Shown here one piece after another: positions 29,901-39,200 of a stretch of 64,000 nucleotides of DNA. The notes beneath the pieces are model-generated. The model saw nothing but the letters and a program-made list of their open reading frames with translations. It ran no database searches and was not told the DNA's origin. The stretch lies in NCBI GenBank assembly GCA_002457735.1, contig NTKO01000003.1:10248-74247 (forward strand). The letters run 5' to 3'. This DNA comes from Bacteroidetes bacterium MED-G13 (GTDB taxonomy: Bacteria; Bacteroidota; Bacteroidia; Flavobacteriales; Flavobacteriaceae). Each line of letters opens with the position of its first letter. The stretch's first letter is position 1. A program made the position numbers and the translations under genes.

Positions 29901-31307
29901 AAAGGTGAAGCCGATATTCTGAGAAAAGCCATGGGCAAAAAGCAAAAAGAAGTTCTTGATAAAATGAAACCAAAATTCCTTGAAAACTCACAAAAGAAGG
30001 GTTTTAAAGTAGATAAAGTAGAAAAAATTTGGAAAGATTGGGAGGCTTTTGCCAGTTATGCATTTAATAAGTCTCATTCGACTTGTTATGCATGGATTGC
30101 CTATCAAACAGCATATCTAAAATCAAATTACCCTGCTGAATATATGGCATCAGTTTTATCTAACAATATGAGTGACATTAAAAATGTCACATTTTTTATG
30201 GGTGAGTGTAAGAGAATGAAACTTCAGGTTCTGGGACCAGATTTAAATGAATCATATTATAAATTCTCAGTTAATAAAAATAATGCAATTCGATTTGGAA
30301 TGGGTGCAATTAAAGGAGTTGGAGCATCAGCAGTCAAGGCTATCGTTAGTGAAAGAAAAAAGAATGGCAATTACGAATCCGTATTTGACTTCACTCAAAG
30401 AGTTAATTTAAGAGCAGCAAATAAAAAAGCTATTGATAGTTTGGCCGCATCAGGTGCATTTGATTCCTTTGGAATTTTTAGATCCCAATATTTTCATGAT
30501 AATGGTGATGGTGTTACATTCATTGAAAAAATAATTAAGCACGGTAATAAGTTTCAAGATAATATTAATTCTGCTCAGGTAAGTTTATTTACTGACTCTG
30601 CTGATTTAAAAGTTATGAGTCCTGAAGTCCCTAAAACGGAGCCATGGCCAGCAATTCAAAAGCTTTCAAAGGAAAAGGAAGTTATCGGAATTTATATTTC
30701 TGGGCACCCTTTGGATGATTTTAAGATAGAAATGCAGTCATTCTGCAATGGTGATGTAAGTGTATTTAAGTCTCCTCGTGAATTTTTACAAAAAGAAGTA
30801 TCCATAGCTGGAGTGGTAAGTGAAGTCGAACATAAAGTAAGTAGACAAGGTAAGGGGTGGGCATTTTTTACAGTTGAAGATTATGTAGATTCTTATACCT
30901 TTAGGATTTTTGGTGAGGAATACTTAAGATTTAAACACTTCTTGAATTTGAACAATTTTTTACATATTAAAACAAAAATAGTTCAGGGTTGGAAAAATAA
31001 AGAAACAGGATTAAATGGGGAGCCAAGAATTCAATATCTAAATTTTGGGCTATTACAGGATGTCATAAATACAATGGCGAAAAAATTATGCATTCAATTA
31101 GACATAAAAGAAATTGAAGATGAAAAAATTGAGTTAATTAATAGCTTGTTAAAAAACCATTCTGGGAATAATAATTTAAGTTTTCAGGTATTTGATAATG
31201 AGGAAAAAATTATGGTGGATATGGATAGTCAAAAACAAAAAATTAATATATCATCTGATCTTTTATCAAAACTTGATGATAATAAGATTTTATATAAACT
31301 TAATTAG
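26961..31307 (+). CDS. dnaE: DNA polymerase III alpha subunit with N-terminally fused DEDDh 3'-5' exonuclease domain
   Basis: Residues 1-190 carry ExoI FDTETTG, ExoII VGHNINFDLNVI and ExoIII HNASADVEAT. These are followed by a PHP domain (HLHNHTQFSMLQS), the polymerase core (GPGRGSAAGS, PDIDIDF) and an OB fold. Confidence 0.95.
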   Translation: MFLIFDTETTGLPKNWKAPISDTSNWPRCVQIAWQLHDKYGQLVENKSYIIKPDGFDIPYESENIHGISTALALAEGHELIKVLESFNSSILKSNFIVGHNINFDLNVIGCEFYRLNFESKIDSVDLLDTCSEQTAELCKLSGGRGGKFKLPTLTELHKFLFDEQFKDAHNASADVEATSRCLLELIRIENFKKDQIQLGENYFNEFKEVNSDPIKTFGIKHLNLKEKSEKLKESVIESNLITSEVNIIDNDLDEYNFCHLHNHTQFSMLQSTIKIRDLVDMTYKNNMNAVAITDLGNMMGAFRFISEVKKVNQKIDEENESLDEKKQHIKPIVGCILNVCEDRLNKNYRDNGYQTVFLAKNKKGYDNLSKLSSLGYTEGFYYVPRVDKELILKYKSDLIVLSGNLYGEISSKILKVGKAEAEQSLKWWKKNFNDDFYLEINRHNQQDENAVNEVLLNLSKQHKINLIATNSTYYLQKNEANAHDILLCVRDGEKLATPKGRGRGFRYGLSNDQYYFKSSAEMKDLFSDIPHAIKNINDLLLKITPFDLNNEVQLPKFQIPKEFSNNSKNGSGENEYLKYLAYNGAKKRYGKVSNELSERIEFELETIKNTGYPGYFLIVEDFIRKAREMNVSVGPGRGSAAGSVVAYCLWITNIDPIKYDLLFERFLNPDRISMPDIDIDFDDVGRNKVINYVIEKYGENQVAQIITYGTMAAKSSIRDTARVLDLPLGDADRIAKLVPNMAKLSSIFETNHKELRNKFRADDLDKINQLLSISQADNLESETIKHARLLEGTLRNTGIHACGVIITPDDIKNYVPIATAKDSDLYVTQFDNAVVEQAGLLKMDFLGLKTLTLIKDTVKIVKAKYGIELDPDNFPIDDKKTFDLFKRGDTVGIFQYESPGMQKHLKDLKPTVFDDLIAMNALYRPGPMEYIPSFIKRKHGDEKIIYDLPEMEEILKDTYGITVYQEQVMLLSQKIGDFTKGEADILRKAMGKKQKEVLDKMKPKFLENSQKKGFKVDKVEKIWKDWEAFASYAFNKSHSTCYAWIAYQTAYLKSNYPAEYMASVLSNNMSDIKNVTFFMGECKRMKLQVLGPDLNESYYKFSVNKNNAIRFGMGAIKGVGASAVKAIVSERKKNGNYESVFDFTQRVNLRAANKKAIDSLAASGAFDSFGIFRSQYFHDNGDGVTFIEKIIKHGNKFQDNINSAQVSLFTDSADLKVMSPEVPKTEPWPAIQKLSKEKEVIGIYISGHPLDDFKIEMQSFCNGDVSVFKSPREFLQKEVSIAGVVSEVEHKVSRQGKGWAFFTVEDYVDSYTFRIFGEEYLRFKHFLNLNNFLHIKTKIVQGWKNKETGLNGEPRIQYLNFGLLQDVINTMAKKLCIQLDIKEIEDEKIELINSLLKNHSGNNNLSFQVFDNEEKIMVDMDSQKQKINISSDLLSKLDDNKILYKLN

Positions 31308-31317
31308 AAATATTATT

Positions 31318-31325
31318 TATTTTTG
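31318..31325 (+). promoter_or_regulatory. Bacteroidota -7 promoter box (TATTTTTG) upstream of trxA
   Basis: TAnnTTTG match 29 nt upstream of the trxA ATG. Confidence 0.4.
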
Positions 31326-31353
31326 ATAATCAATTTTAAAAAAATATATAATT

Positions 31354-31671
31354 ATGGCTCTAGAAATTAACGACGAAAATTTTGAAGAAATTGTTTTAAA
31401 AAGCAATCAGCCTGTATTAGTCGATTTTTGGGCAGCTTGGTGTGGTCCATGCAGAATGGTGGGACCTATTATTGACGAGATTAGTAATGATTATGCTGGC
31501 AAGGCAATAGTTGGTAAAGTTGATATTGATTCAAATCAACAGTATGCAGCACAGTTTGGAGTAAGAAATATTCCAACGGTTTTGATTTTTAAAGATGGAG
31601 AACTTGTTGACCGAAAGGTTGGAGTATCTTCAAAAAATGATTACGCTGAGGCTCTAGATGCTCTAATTTAA
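31354..31671 (+). CDS. trxA: thioredoxin
   Basis: 105 aa with the WCGPC active site. Confidence 0.95.
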   Translation: MALEINDENFEEIVLKSNQPVLVDFWAAWCGPCRMVGPIIDEISNDYAGKAIVGKVDIDSNQQYAAQFGVRNIPTVLIFKDGELVDRKVGVSSKNDYAEALDALI

Positions 31672-31740
31672 AAAGATTTTTTAATTAAAAATTAAAATAT
31701 AATTGATCAAAATATATTTGAACTAATCAAAATCAAAATG

Positions 31741-31748
31741 TATATTTG
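31741..31748 (+). promoter_or_regulatory. Bacteroidota -7 promoter box (TATATTTG) upstream of tRNA-Asp
   Basis: Exact match 14 nt upstream of tRNA position 1. Confidence 0.5.
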
Positions 31749-31761
31749 CTCAGCTTAAAAC

Positions 31762-31835
31762 GGTCTGGTAGTTCAGTTGGTTAGAATACATGCCTGTCAC
31801 GCATGGGGTCGCGGGTTCGAGTCCCGTCCAGACCG
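31762..31835 (+). tRNA. tRNA-Asp (GUC)
   Basis: Hand-folded cloverleaf: acceptor GGTCTGG/CCAGACC, anticodon loop CTGTCAC, T-loop TTCGAGT. CCA is not encoded. Confidence 0.9.
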
Positions 31836-31865
31836 CAAAAATTCAACTCTTATTTATATAATCTC

Positions 31866-33005
31866 ATGACTTTCAGAACTCTATTTTTTCTAATTTCACT
31901 TTCCTTTTCATTGACTTTAAATTCACAGGATTTTATTTCTCAAGTATTACAATATGACGGAAATAACAGAGAATATGAATTATATATTCCTCAGAATTAT
32001 GATGGTTCCGAGAATGTTCCATTGATGTTTAACTTCCACGCAGGAAATGGAACAAGCTATAGCCAGATTTACATTTCTGACATGAGAAATTTAGCCGATG
32101 AAAATAATTTCATATTAGTGTATCCTCAAGCAATTGCAGATCCCACAGATGGTGGTTCCCTTAATTGGATGTTCAAAGGAGAATCTGATCACGATGATAT
32201 TTATTTTGTTGAGGCAATGATTGACGAAATTGCAACTCAATACTCCGTTGATCAGTCTAGAGTTTACGCATGTGGCTACTCTCTTGGTGGTGAATTTGTC
32301 CATGAACTTCTTTGCAGGTTGAATAATAGAATCGCTGCTGGAGTTGCTGTCGCAAGAACAATGTTTTTTGAAACTTATGAAAATTGTGTTCCCGAACACC
32401 CCACTGCCATAATGAGTATATTAGGTACTGATGACTTTAATTCTCTATATGATGGTGTAGAATTTGCTGGAGTTTTATACTATCTATCTGCTGCTGATAC
32501 TCATCAGTTTTGGATTGATTATAATAATACTGACCCAGACCCAATTGAAATTGAATTACCAAACATAAGTACAAGTGATGGATCCACTGTAACTAAAAGA
32601 ATTTGGGAAAATGGTGATGCATGTGTTTCTGTTGTTGAATTTAGAGTTAATGGAGGTGATCACGATTGGCCAGGCTGGTCTGGGAACATGGATATTAATT
32701 CAGATGAGGAGATTTGGAATTTTGTATCAAATTATTCTTTGAATGGTCAAATTGAAAATTGCAATTTGAGTATTAACGAATTTGATAGTATAAAAATAGT
32801 GGTATACCCAAATCCTATCCAAGATATATTACAGATTACTGTTAATTCAAATTTTTACAATGCTTATCTTTCAGATATAAATGGTAAAATCTTAAAGAAA
32901 TTTTCCTTATTTACAGGTGAAAATAAAATAAATATTTCTGATCTTGATAGCCAAATATATTTTTTAAATGTTGCTGATTTTACGTATAAATTAATAAAAA
33001 ATTAA
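31866..33005 (+). CDS. secreted alpha/beta-hydrolase esterase (PHB-depolymerase/feruloyl-esterase-like) with T9SS C-terminal sorting domain
   Basis: Signal peptide MTFRTLFFLISLSFSLTLNSQ, nucleophile elbow GYSLGG, C-terminal VYPNPIQDILQI...IYFLNV CTD. The track start at 31803 overlaps the tRNA, so the ATG at 31866 is used. Confidence 0.75.
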   Translation: MTFRTLFFLISLSFSLTLNSQDFISQVLQYDGNNREYELYIPQNYDGSENVPLMFNFHAGNGTSYSQIYISDMRNLADENNFILVYPQAIADPTDGGSLNWMFKGESDHDDIYFVEAMIDEIATQYSVDQSRVYACGYSLGGEFVHELLCRLNNRIAAGVAVARTMFFETYENCVPEHPTAIMSILGTDDFNSLYDGVEFAGVLYYLSAADTHQFWIDYNNTDPDPIEIELPNISTSDGSTVTKRIWENGDACVSVVEFRVNGGDHDWPGWSGNMDINSDEEIWNFVSNYSLNGQIENCNLSINEFDSIKIVVYPNPIQDILQITVNSNFYNAYLSDINGKILKKFSLFTGENKINISDLDSQIYFLNVADFTYKLIKN

Positions 33006-33487
33006 TTACTAATTACTTCCAGTATATTTCCATTTATTGAACTAGTATAACAGCTTAGTGAAGAAGTTGAAGAGCAATTTGTGCTATATTGATTTCCATG
33101 TGCATTACATCTAAATTTATTATCATCCGTTAAACCCCATTGGTTTTGTACATAGTTGTGTGGGCATACATTAGAATAAGCTTGAATGCTTTCAGATGAA
33201 ATTCTTAAAAATAGCATATCTAATCCAATATTATAACCATTCATCCAACCTCCAATTTCAACTAAAGATGAAAAATTTTGATGATTTAAATCAATTTTAA
33301 ACACACAGTCCTCAATTACATATCCTAAATTTGAATTAGAAATTTCTTGACAATTATCTTGGATTGTTTCATTTGAATTTTCATCTGTTGAACAAGCTTC
33401 AAAAAAAGAAATTCCAAAGAATGCAAATGCAACTGTAGGACAAACTTTTTTCAAAAATTCTCTTCGGGAATTTTTAGATTTTTCCAT
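33002..33487 (-). CDS. Tat-exported Rieske [2Fe-2S] lipoprotein
   Basis: Twin-arginine motif SRREFLKK, lipobox FFEAC, and Rieske ligands CPH-x16-CNAH. Confidence 0.7.
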   Translation of the reverse strand: MEKSKNSRREFLKKVCPTVAFAFFGISFFEACSTDENSNETIQDNCQEISNSNLGYVIEDCVFKIDLNHQNFSSLVEIGGWMNGYNIGLDMLFLRISSESIQAYSNVCPHNYVQNQWGLTDDNKFRCNAHGNQYSTNCSSTSSLSCYTSSINGNILEVISN

Positions 33488-34377
33488 TAAAAAACTCTTA
33501 AAATATTAAATCCAAAGTAAAAATCTCCAGCACTCCAATCTCCTTCAGCATCTAACAAAACGGAAACATCATCAATGCTTTGGGTGTTTGAAAATAATAG
33601 TTGAAAAACATGACCTCCTGTTTCTAAATCTATGCCAATACTTAATACATCCTTAAAGGGAGATATTTCCAATCTGTTTACATAATGATTGTACTCAAAG
33701 TTCAAAGATGTTCTGCTATTGAGTTTATATCTAGATCCAAAGGAAACCGTGTAATTTTCTTTTTGTTCATAGGAGATAAATAAAATTTCCCCATTTTCAA
33801 ATACAGGAATTATGTCATTATAATTTCTAATGCCAATAGACGGAGAAATTTGTAATGAAAATTTTTCAGAAAGAGCAGTGGAGAATAAAAATTGAGTGAA
33901 AATTACCGATCTGTCAGAAAAACTTACTTCCTCACCTTGTGCAAAAAAACTGGATGAATTGTAATTAAAACTAGTATAATTTGAAATATTTACAGGAAAG
34001 GCTGAGGATTGTTCTAAGATTTTAAACTTAAAGCTTGATGAGTATATTTTTTTTAAAGATTCTCTGCTAATTCCAAATTGAATGTTATCATTTAATCCGT
34101 ACATTAATTCAATTTTTGTATTAGCATAATCCAGTCCAAACAGGGTGCTAATTCCATCTTTAACAGTTCCAAATCTATGGGATACATATAAATATAATTC
34201 CCCTTTGTTAGACTGTTTGGTTGATTGATTATTAATTATTTTATGAGCTTTGAATGCAGAGATAGTAAATTCAGTATTGACCTCATCATCAATATCATAC
34301 AATAAATCAGTTTGACTAAAGCAATTAATATAAATAAAAAATATAAATAATATGATTTTCTCAGTTTTGTAATTCAT
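33487..34377 (-). CDS. predicted outer-membrane beta-barrel protein (DUF5777-like)
   Basis: 296 aa with a signal peptide, alternating hydrophobic beta-strand pattern and a C-terminal ...FNILRVF (terminal Phe beta-signal). Family name is from memory. Confidence 0.55.
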   Translation of the reverse strand: MNYKTEKIILFIFFIYINCFSQTDLLYDIDDEVNTEFTISAFKAHKIINNQSTKQSNKGELYLYVSHRFGTVKDGISTLFGLDYANTKIELMYGLNDNIQFGISRESLKKIYSSSFKFKILEQSSAFPVNISNYTSFNYNSSSFFAQGEEVSFSDRSVIFTQFLFSTALSEKFSLQISPSIGIRNYNDIIPVFENGEILFISYEQKENYTVSFGSRYKLNSRTSLNFEYNHYVNRLEISPFKDVLSIGIDLETGGHVFQLLFSNTQSIDDVSVLLDAEGDWSAGDFYFGFNILRVF

Positions 34378-34975
34378 AGTTATAATTTAAATTAATTTTA
34401 ACAATCTCATCAATTTTCATAAATACAACTTTCGGTATTTTAACATTAAAATCGCTTAGCTTGATTGAAAAGCTAGAAATTAAATTTAATACATTTTTGA
34501 TTTTTTTAATTTTCCCAACAGTAATAAAATCTTTTGTTACGCCTTTGATAGTCAATTGCCCTTTTAAAATAATATCTGTGAAATTTTCATCAACTAGATT
34601 ATAATTAAAAACTTTGGTATTACCATCAGAAATGGAGTCACTTGATATTTCAATATTTCCCTCAAATGTTGATTTAGGATATTTGTAACTTTCTAAATAA
34701 TTTTCATTAAAATGTTCTTGCATTAACCCTAACCTAAACTCAAAATCTTTGATTTTTATTAGTGCAGCAATATTCCCATTAGAAACATCAATTGCAGAAA
34801 TTGAAGAATTGTTTTTTGCTTTAATTGGTTCAAATGCAGCTTTTGAACCATCAAATTCAGTAATTCCAGTTTTAGTATAGTATCTCTGAGCAGAAATAGT
34901 GATTGAGAAAAGCAAAAAGAGAGTAAATATATAAAGTTTTACAGACACGTTTGAAATTTTCAATTTTTGTACCAA
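34361..34975 (-). CDS. YceI-family periplasmic (polyisoprenoid-binding-like) protein
   Basis: 204 aa with a signal peptide and YceI-like lipocalin motifs (ITEFDGSKAAFEPIKAKNN; GQLTIKGVTKD). Confidence 0.7.
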   Translation of the reverse strand: MVQKLKISNVSVKLYIFTLFLLFSITISAQRYYTKTGITEFDGSKAAFEPIKAKNNSSISAIDVSNGNIAALIKIKDFEFRLGLMQEHFNENYLESYKYPKSTFEGNIEISSDSISDGNTKVFNYNLVDENFTDIILKGQLTIKGVTKDFITVGKIKKIKNVLNLISSFSIKLSDFNVKIPKVVFMKIDEIVKINLNYNYELQN

Positions 34976-35012
34976 ATATTTTTAATTTAGCTAAAGTTAG
35001 TAAATAAAAATT

Positions 35013-35996
35013 ATGAATAAAGTTTTTGTCAGTGGGGGTTCAGGATATATAGCTTTGCATACAATCATGCTTTTATTGCAAAAAAATTATTTTGTGGTTA
35101 CATCCGTAAGAGACAAACATAAAATTGCACTTATCAAGAAATGTCTCAGGGAAAATAATATAGATATTTCAAAAATAGAATTTTATATCCTTGATTTACT
35201 TTATGATCAAGGCTGGGAGGAAGCATTAAAAGGTTGTGAATATGTGCTTCACATGGCTTCACCTGTAATTCCAGGAAATGTGGATATGGATCTCTTGGTT
35301 AAGCCAGCTGTGGAGGGAATGACCAGATGTTTAAACGCAGCTATAAAAAATAAATCTAAAAAATTTGTTTTGACATCTTCATACGCGGCCATTTATGGTA
35401 ATTCAAAAAATAAATTTAGTGACAATGATTGGACTGACTTAAACAGAAAAGATTTAATGCCTTATGAGATCAGTAAAACTAAATCTGAAATGGGGATGTG
35501 GGAAATAGTAAAAAATTCTAAATATCAAATTGATGCTTGCTCAATTAATCCTGTTTTAGTTTTAGGGCCGTCAATCTCAGGTATTATTAGCATGTCAAAT
35601 AAACAGGTTTTAAATAGGATTTTACGTTTGCCTTTTATTCCCAAAATTAGTTTACCTATTGTAGGTGTGAGGGATGTTGCCAATGCTCATCTGATGGCAA
35701 TGGAAAATAAAAATAGCAATGGCAAGAGGTTTTTGATCTCAGAAAAAACGGTTGATTTAATACACATTGCAGAAATTTTAAAGTCTAATAACATGGATGT
35801 TTCAACATTAGTTGTTCCTAATTTTATTGTCAGATTCCTATCTTTTTTTGTACTCAGCTTGAGAGCAATTGCAAAAAGATTAAATATAACAGAGCATTTA
35901 GAAACTAAAAATGCAAAATCAATTCTTGGCTTTTACCCCAATAGTGTTGACTTAGAAATTGTTGAGTCAGTTCATCAAATTCAATCCAAAAAATAA
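35013..35996 (+). CDS. NAD(P)-dependent extended SDR (dihydroflavonol/cinnamoyl-CoA reductase-like)
   Basis: VSGGSGYIALH glycine motif and YxxxK (YEISK), 327 aa. Confidence 0.85.
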   Translation: MNKVFVSGGSGYIALHTIMLLLQKNYFVVTSVRDKHKIALIKKCLRENNIDISKIEFYILDLLYDQGWEEALKGCEYVLHMASPVIPGNVDMDLLVKPAVEGMTRCLNAAIKNKSKKFVLTSSYAAIYGNSKNKFSDNDWTDLNRKDLMPYEISKTKSEMGMWEIVKNSKYQIDACSINPVLVLGPSISGIISMSNKQVLNRILRLPFIPKISLPIVGVRDVANAHLMAMENKNSNGKRFLISEKTVDLIHIAEILKSNNMDVSTLVVPNFIVRFLSFFVLSLRAIAKRLNITEHLETKNAKSILGFYPNSVDLEIVESVHQIQSKK

Positions 35997-36000
35997 GTAG

Positions 36001-36008
36001 TATATTTG
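36001..36008 (+). promoter_or_regulatory. orphan Bacteroidota -7 promoter box (TATATTTG) immediately after the SDR stop codon
   Basis: Exact match to the same 8-mer found in front of both plus-strand tRNAs, the Mrp gene, GH16 and mfd, and (on the minus strand) rpsP. The next CDS, susC, is 268 nt downstream with two hairpins in between. Confidence 0.4.
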
Positions 36009-36050
36009 CAATGTGTTGACTTGCAATTATGCAAGTTGTTTTTACCAATG

Positions 36051-36078
36051 AAAGCTTTCCTTTTGGGGAGCTTTTTTT
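36051..36078 (+). terminator. intrinsic terminator (10-bp stem with two G-U pairs, UUUU loop, U7 tail)
   Basis: AAAGCUUUCC-UUUU-GGGGAGCUUU followed by a T-run, read directly. It is preceded by a second hairpin at 36017..36038 (ACTTGCA-ATTA-TGCAAGT). Confidence 0.6.
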
Positions 36079-36082
36079 ATTA

Positions 36083-36110
36083 TCATTATCGAAAACGTTT
36101 TCGATAATGA
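36083..36110. promoter_or_regulatory. perfect 28-bp palindrome, candidate operator of the PUL-encoded LacI-family repressor
   Basis: TCATTATCGAAAACGTTTTCGATAATGA is its own reverse complement. The central AAACGTTT core matches the CG-centred consensus of LacI/GalR-family operators. It lies 166 nt upstream of the susC ATG. Confidence 0.6.
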
Positions 36111-36234
36111 ATTAAAAAAGCTAATAAATGTTTAATGAAAAGTTGTTTTGATTGAAAATATTTTAATGAAAATTGAAAAAGGATAAGAAATAGTCATTTT
36201 TATTTTTTTGATAAAATTCTAGATAAATAAGCTT

Positions 36235-36242
36235 TAATTTTG
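36235..36242 (+). promoter_or_regulatory. Bacteroidota -7 promoter box (TAATTTTG) upstream of susC
   Basis: TAnnTTTG match 34 nt upstream of the susC ATG. Confidence 0.4.
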
Positions 36243-36275
36243 TATTAAATTAACAACAATAAATTAACTAACGCT

Positions 36276-39200
36276 ATGAAAAATAAAGTCTCACTTTTAT
36301 TTGTTTACTTTTCTTTTATTTTAGGTTTTCATGCTCAAGATCTTTCTGGCTTAATAACAGATGCTGATAATGGAGAGCCTCTAGCCGGAGTAAATATTGT
36401 TGTTCAGGACCAAAATCAAGGAGCTGTTTCAGACTTTGATGGTAAGTTTAATATTGAAAAATTTGAATATGGCTCAACTTTAGTTTTTAGTTATGTAGGG
36501 TACAAAACATTAAGTTTAAAAATTTCTAGTGTAGATTTTCTTGATTTTAAAAATATCAATGTCACATTAGAAAGCGATTTCAGCGAATTAGATGAAATAG
36601 TAGTTATAGGATATGGTTCTCAAAAATTAAGTGATATTTCAGGGGCTGTTTCAACTGTGAATAGTGATGCTATAGAGTCAGGGACCCCTGTTAGAGTTGA
36701 AGATGCATTACAGGGCCAAGCTTCAGGTGTAAATATTATTTCAAGTGGATCTCCTGGTTCTAAACCTACTGTTTTAATTAGAGGAATATCATCCTATGCT
36801 GGAAATGATCCATTGGTTGTAATTGATGGGGTCTCCGCATCTATTGATGATTTAAACTCTGTAAATCCAAATGACATTAAAAGTGTAAATATTCTTAAAG
36901 ATGCTGCCTTAGCGTCAATATATGGTGTGAAAGGTGGTAGTGGAGTTATCGTTATTACTACAAAGACTGGAAAGAAAAATTCAAAAACTTCATTTCATGT
37001 ATCAACATCAACAGGTTTTCAAGAGGTTGTCAAAAAAATTGATGTGTTAAATGCTGCTGAGTATGTAGCTGTCTTAAATGAGGCTAGCGTAAATTCAGGG
37101 CAAGGAATAGTATTTCCTGACATATCAGGATATGGAATTGGAACTAATTGGCAAGATGAGGTTTTAAATGATGCTCCAATTGTGAATCATTCCATTAGTG
37201 CTTCTGGAGGAAGTAAAAACACATCTTATTATGTATCTGCCTCCTATACTGGTCAAGAAGGAGTTGTTGGTGATGGGGATAAGTCTTTTTTTAACAGAAC
37301 TAGTTTTACAACTAATATTGACACTGATTTAAATGAAAAAACTAAGTTAATTATAAATACAAATTATTCTAATATTAAAGGAAAAAGTCTTCCTGAAAAT
37401 GGAATTACAAGTGTTTTATCTAATGCACTAAATTTCGATCCAACTGTCAATCCATACAAAGAGTCTGAGTTACTATTAGGATCTAATGGAACAACATTAT
37501 TTCAAGAACACACTTCTGAAAATGGATCTTTTGGAACAAGTGAAACTATAACACAAGAAATTGTTAACCCATTGGCTCAAATATATAATACGTACAATCA
37601 AAATAAAGTAAATAAGTTTACTGGAAAAATTGAGCTTCAATATGATTTAATTGAAGACCTTAAAATTACTTCTAGATTTGGTTATACTTATGTCGATATT
37701 TATGATAAATCATTTGTTCCACTTCAATTTTATGGAACTGGACATAATCAAACAAATTCTGAGCCTGATTTATCACCAACAGTTTCTGTTGATAGTGAAG
37801 GAAATTCTATATCTACACATAATAGGGTGACCGAGGGTCATACAAATTATTTCACATACACCTATGAGCTTTATGGAAATTACGATTTTTCCATTGACGA
37901 TCTTCACAACTTTCAAACAGTTGCCGGATTTTCCATTGGAGAAAGTAAGGGTAGTAATATTTCTGCTACAAACGAAGATGTTCCATTTAATTCATGGTCA
38001 TATGCTGATGTCAGTGCAGCAACTGGCAATGCATTACAACAAACATCCGGTTCCTGGCAGTATATTAATAGAAACTTATCTTACTTTTCAAGAATTTTAT
38101 ATGATTTTGATGAAAAATACTACGCATCATTAACAGCAAGAATGGATGGGTCAACTTCATTTGGTATGGATAACAAATTCGGAATTTTTCCATCAACATC
38201 TTTTGGTTGGGTTATTTCCAAAGAAGATTTTTTTCAAAATATTCCAATTGATTTTTTAAAATTGAGAGCTAGTTATGGGTCACTTGGAAATGATAATATA
38301 AGTCCGCAATTTGCATTAATTTCTACATTCCCTAGTTATGTGTTTAACGGTAATATTACTTCAGGATCTTCACTTGGATCAATTCCAAATAATGATGTGT
38401 CTTGGGAGAATCAGGTGCAAACTAATATTGGAATAGATTCAAGATTTTTTGGAAACAAGCTATCGTTAAGTGTAGATTATTTTCAAAAAACAGTTGATGA
38501 TTTGTTATTCAGCCCGAACCTATCTTTATATTTAGGTACACCATCTTTCCCAACTTCAAATATTGGTAGTACTGAAAGTTCAGGTATTGATGCAAACATC
38601 TCTTTTAACACAAATATTTCATCGCTTTCAATTGCTTCTAATTTAAACTTTACCACTGCAACTAATAAGGTAATATCAATAAATAACGGAGATAAATACA
38701 TTTGGGGAGCAGGTTATGGAATACCTTACAGACAAATTGTGAGATTTGAAGAAGGATTTTCTCCTGGCTACTTCTATGGCTATGTTACCGATGGATTATT
38801 CCAAAACCAATCTGAAATTGATAATCATGCAACTCAAACAGAGAACAGCACATTTCCAGGTGATATTAGATTCGTTGATCTTAACAGTGACGGAATAATA
38901 AATGATTCCGATAGAACACAAATTGGAGATCCTTTCCCAGACTTTACAATAGGTTGGAATTTAAATTTGGATTATAAATCTTTTGATTTAAGTGTCTTTA
39001 CATATGCATCAGTTGGGAATGACATCTATAGAGCATATGAAAGAAATTTAAGTTATACCAATAGATTTGCTTCTGTCTTAGACAGATGGACTGGGGATGG
39101 GACAAGTTTTGAGGAACCAAGGGTAACTTTTATTGATTCAAATAATAATAATCGCGCATCAGATAGATATATTGAAGATGGAAGCTATTTGAGAATAAAG

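Noticed and set aside
31803-31865. N-terminal extension (MGSRVRVPSRPQ...) of the esterase ORF in the track.
   Set aside because: These codons are the 3' half of tRNA-Asp read as protein. A proper signal peptide starts at ATG 31866.
34976-35012. The very short (37-bp) divergent intergenic region between the YceI operon and the SDR gene, as a shared regulatory site.
   Set aside because: No palindrome or promoter box is visible. The YceI start may be mis-set, since it is the only Met in the signal peptide region, so the real spacing is uncertain.
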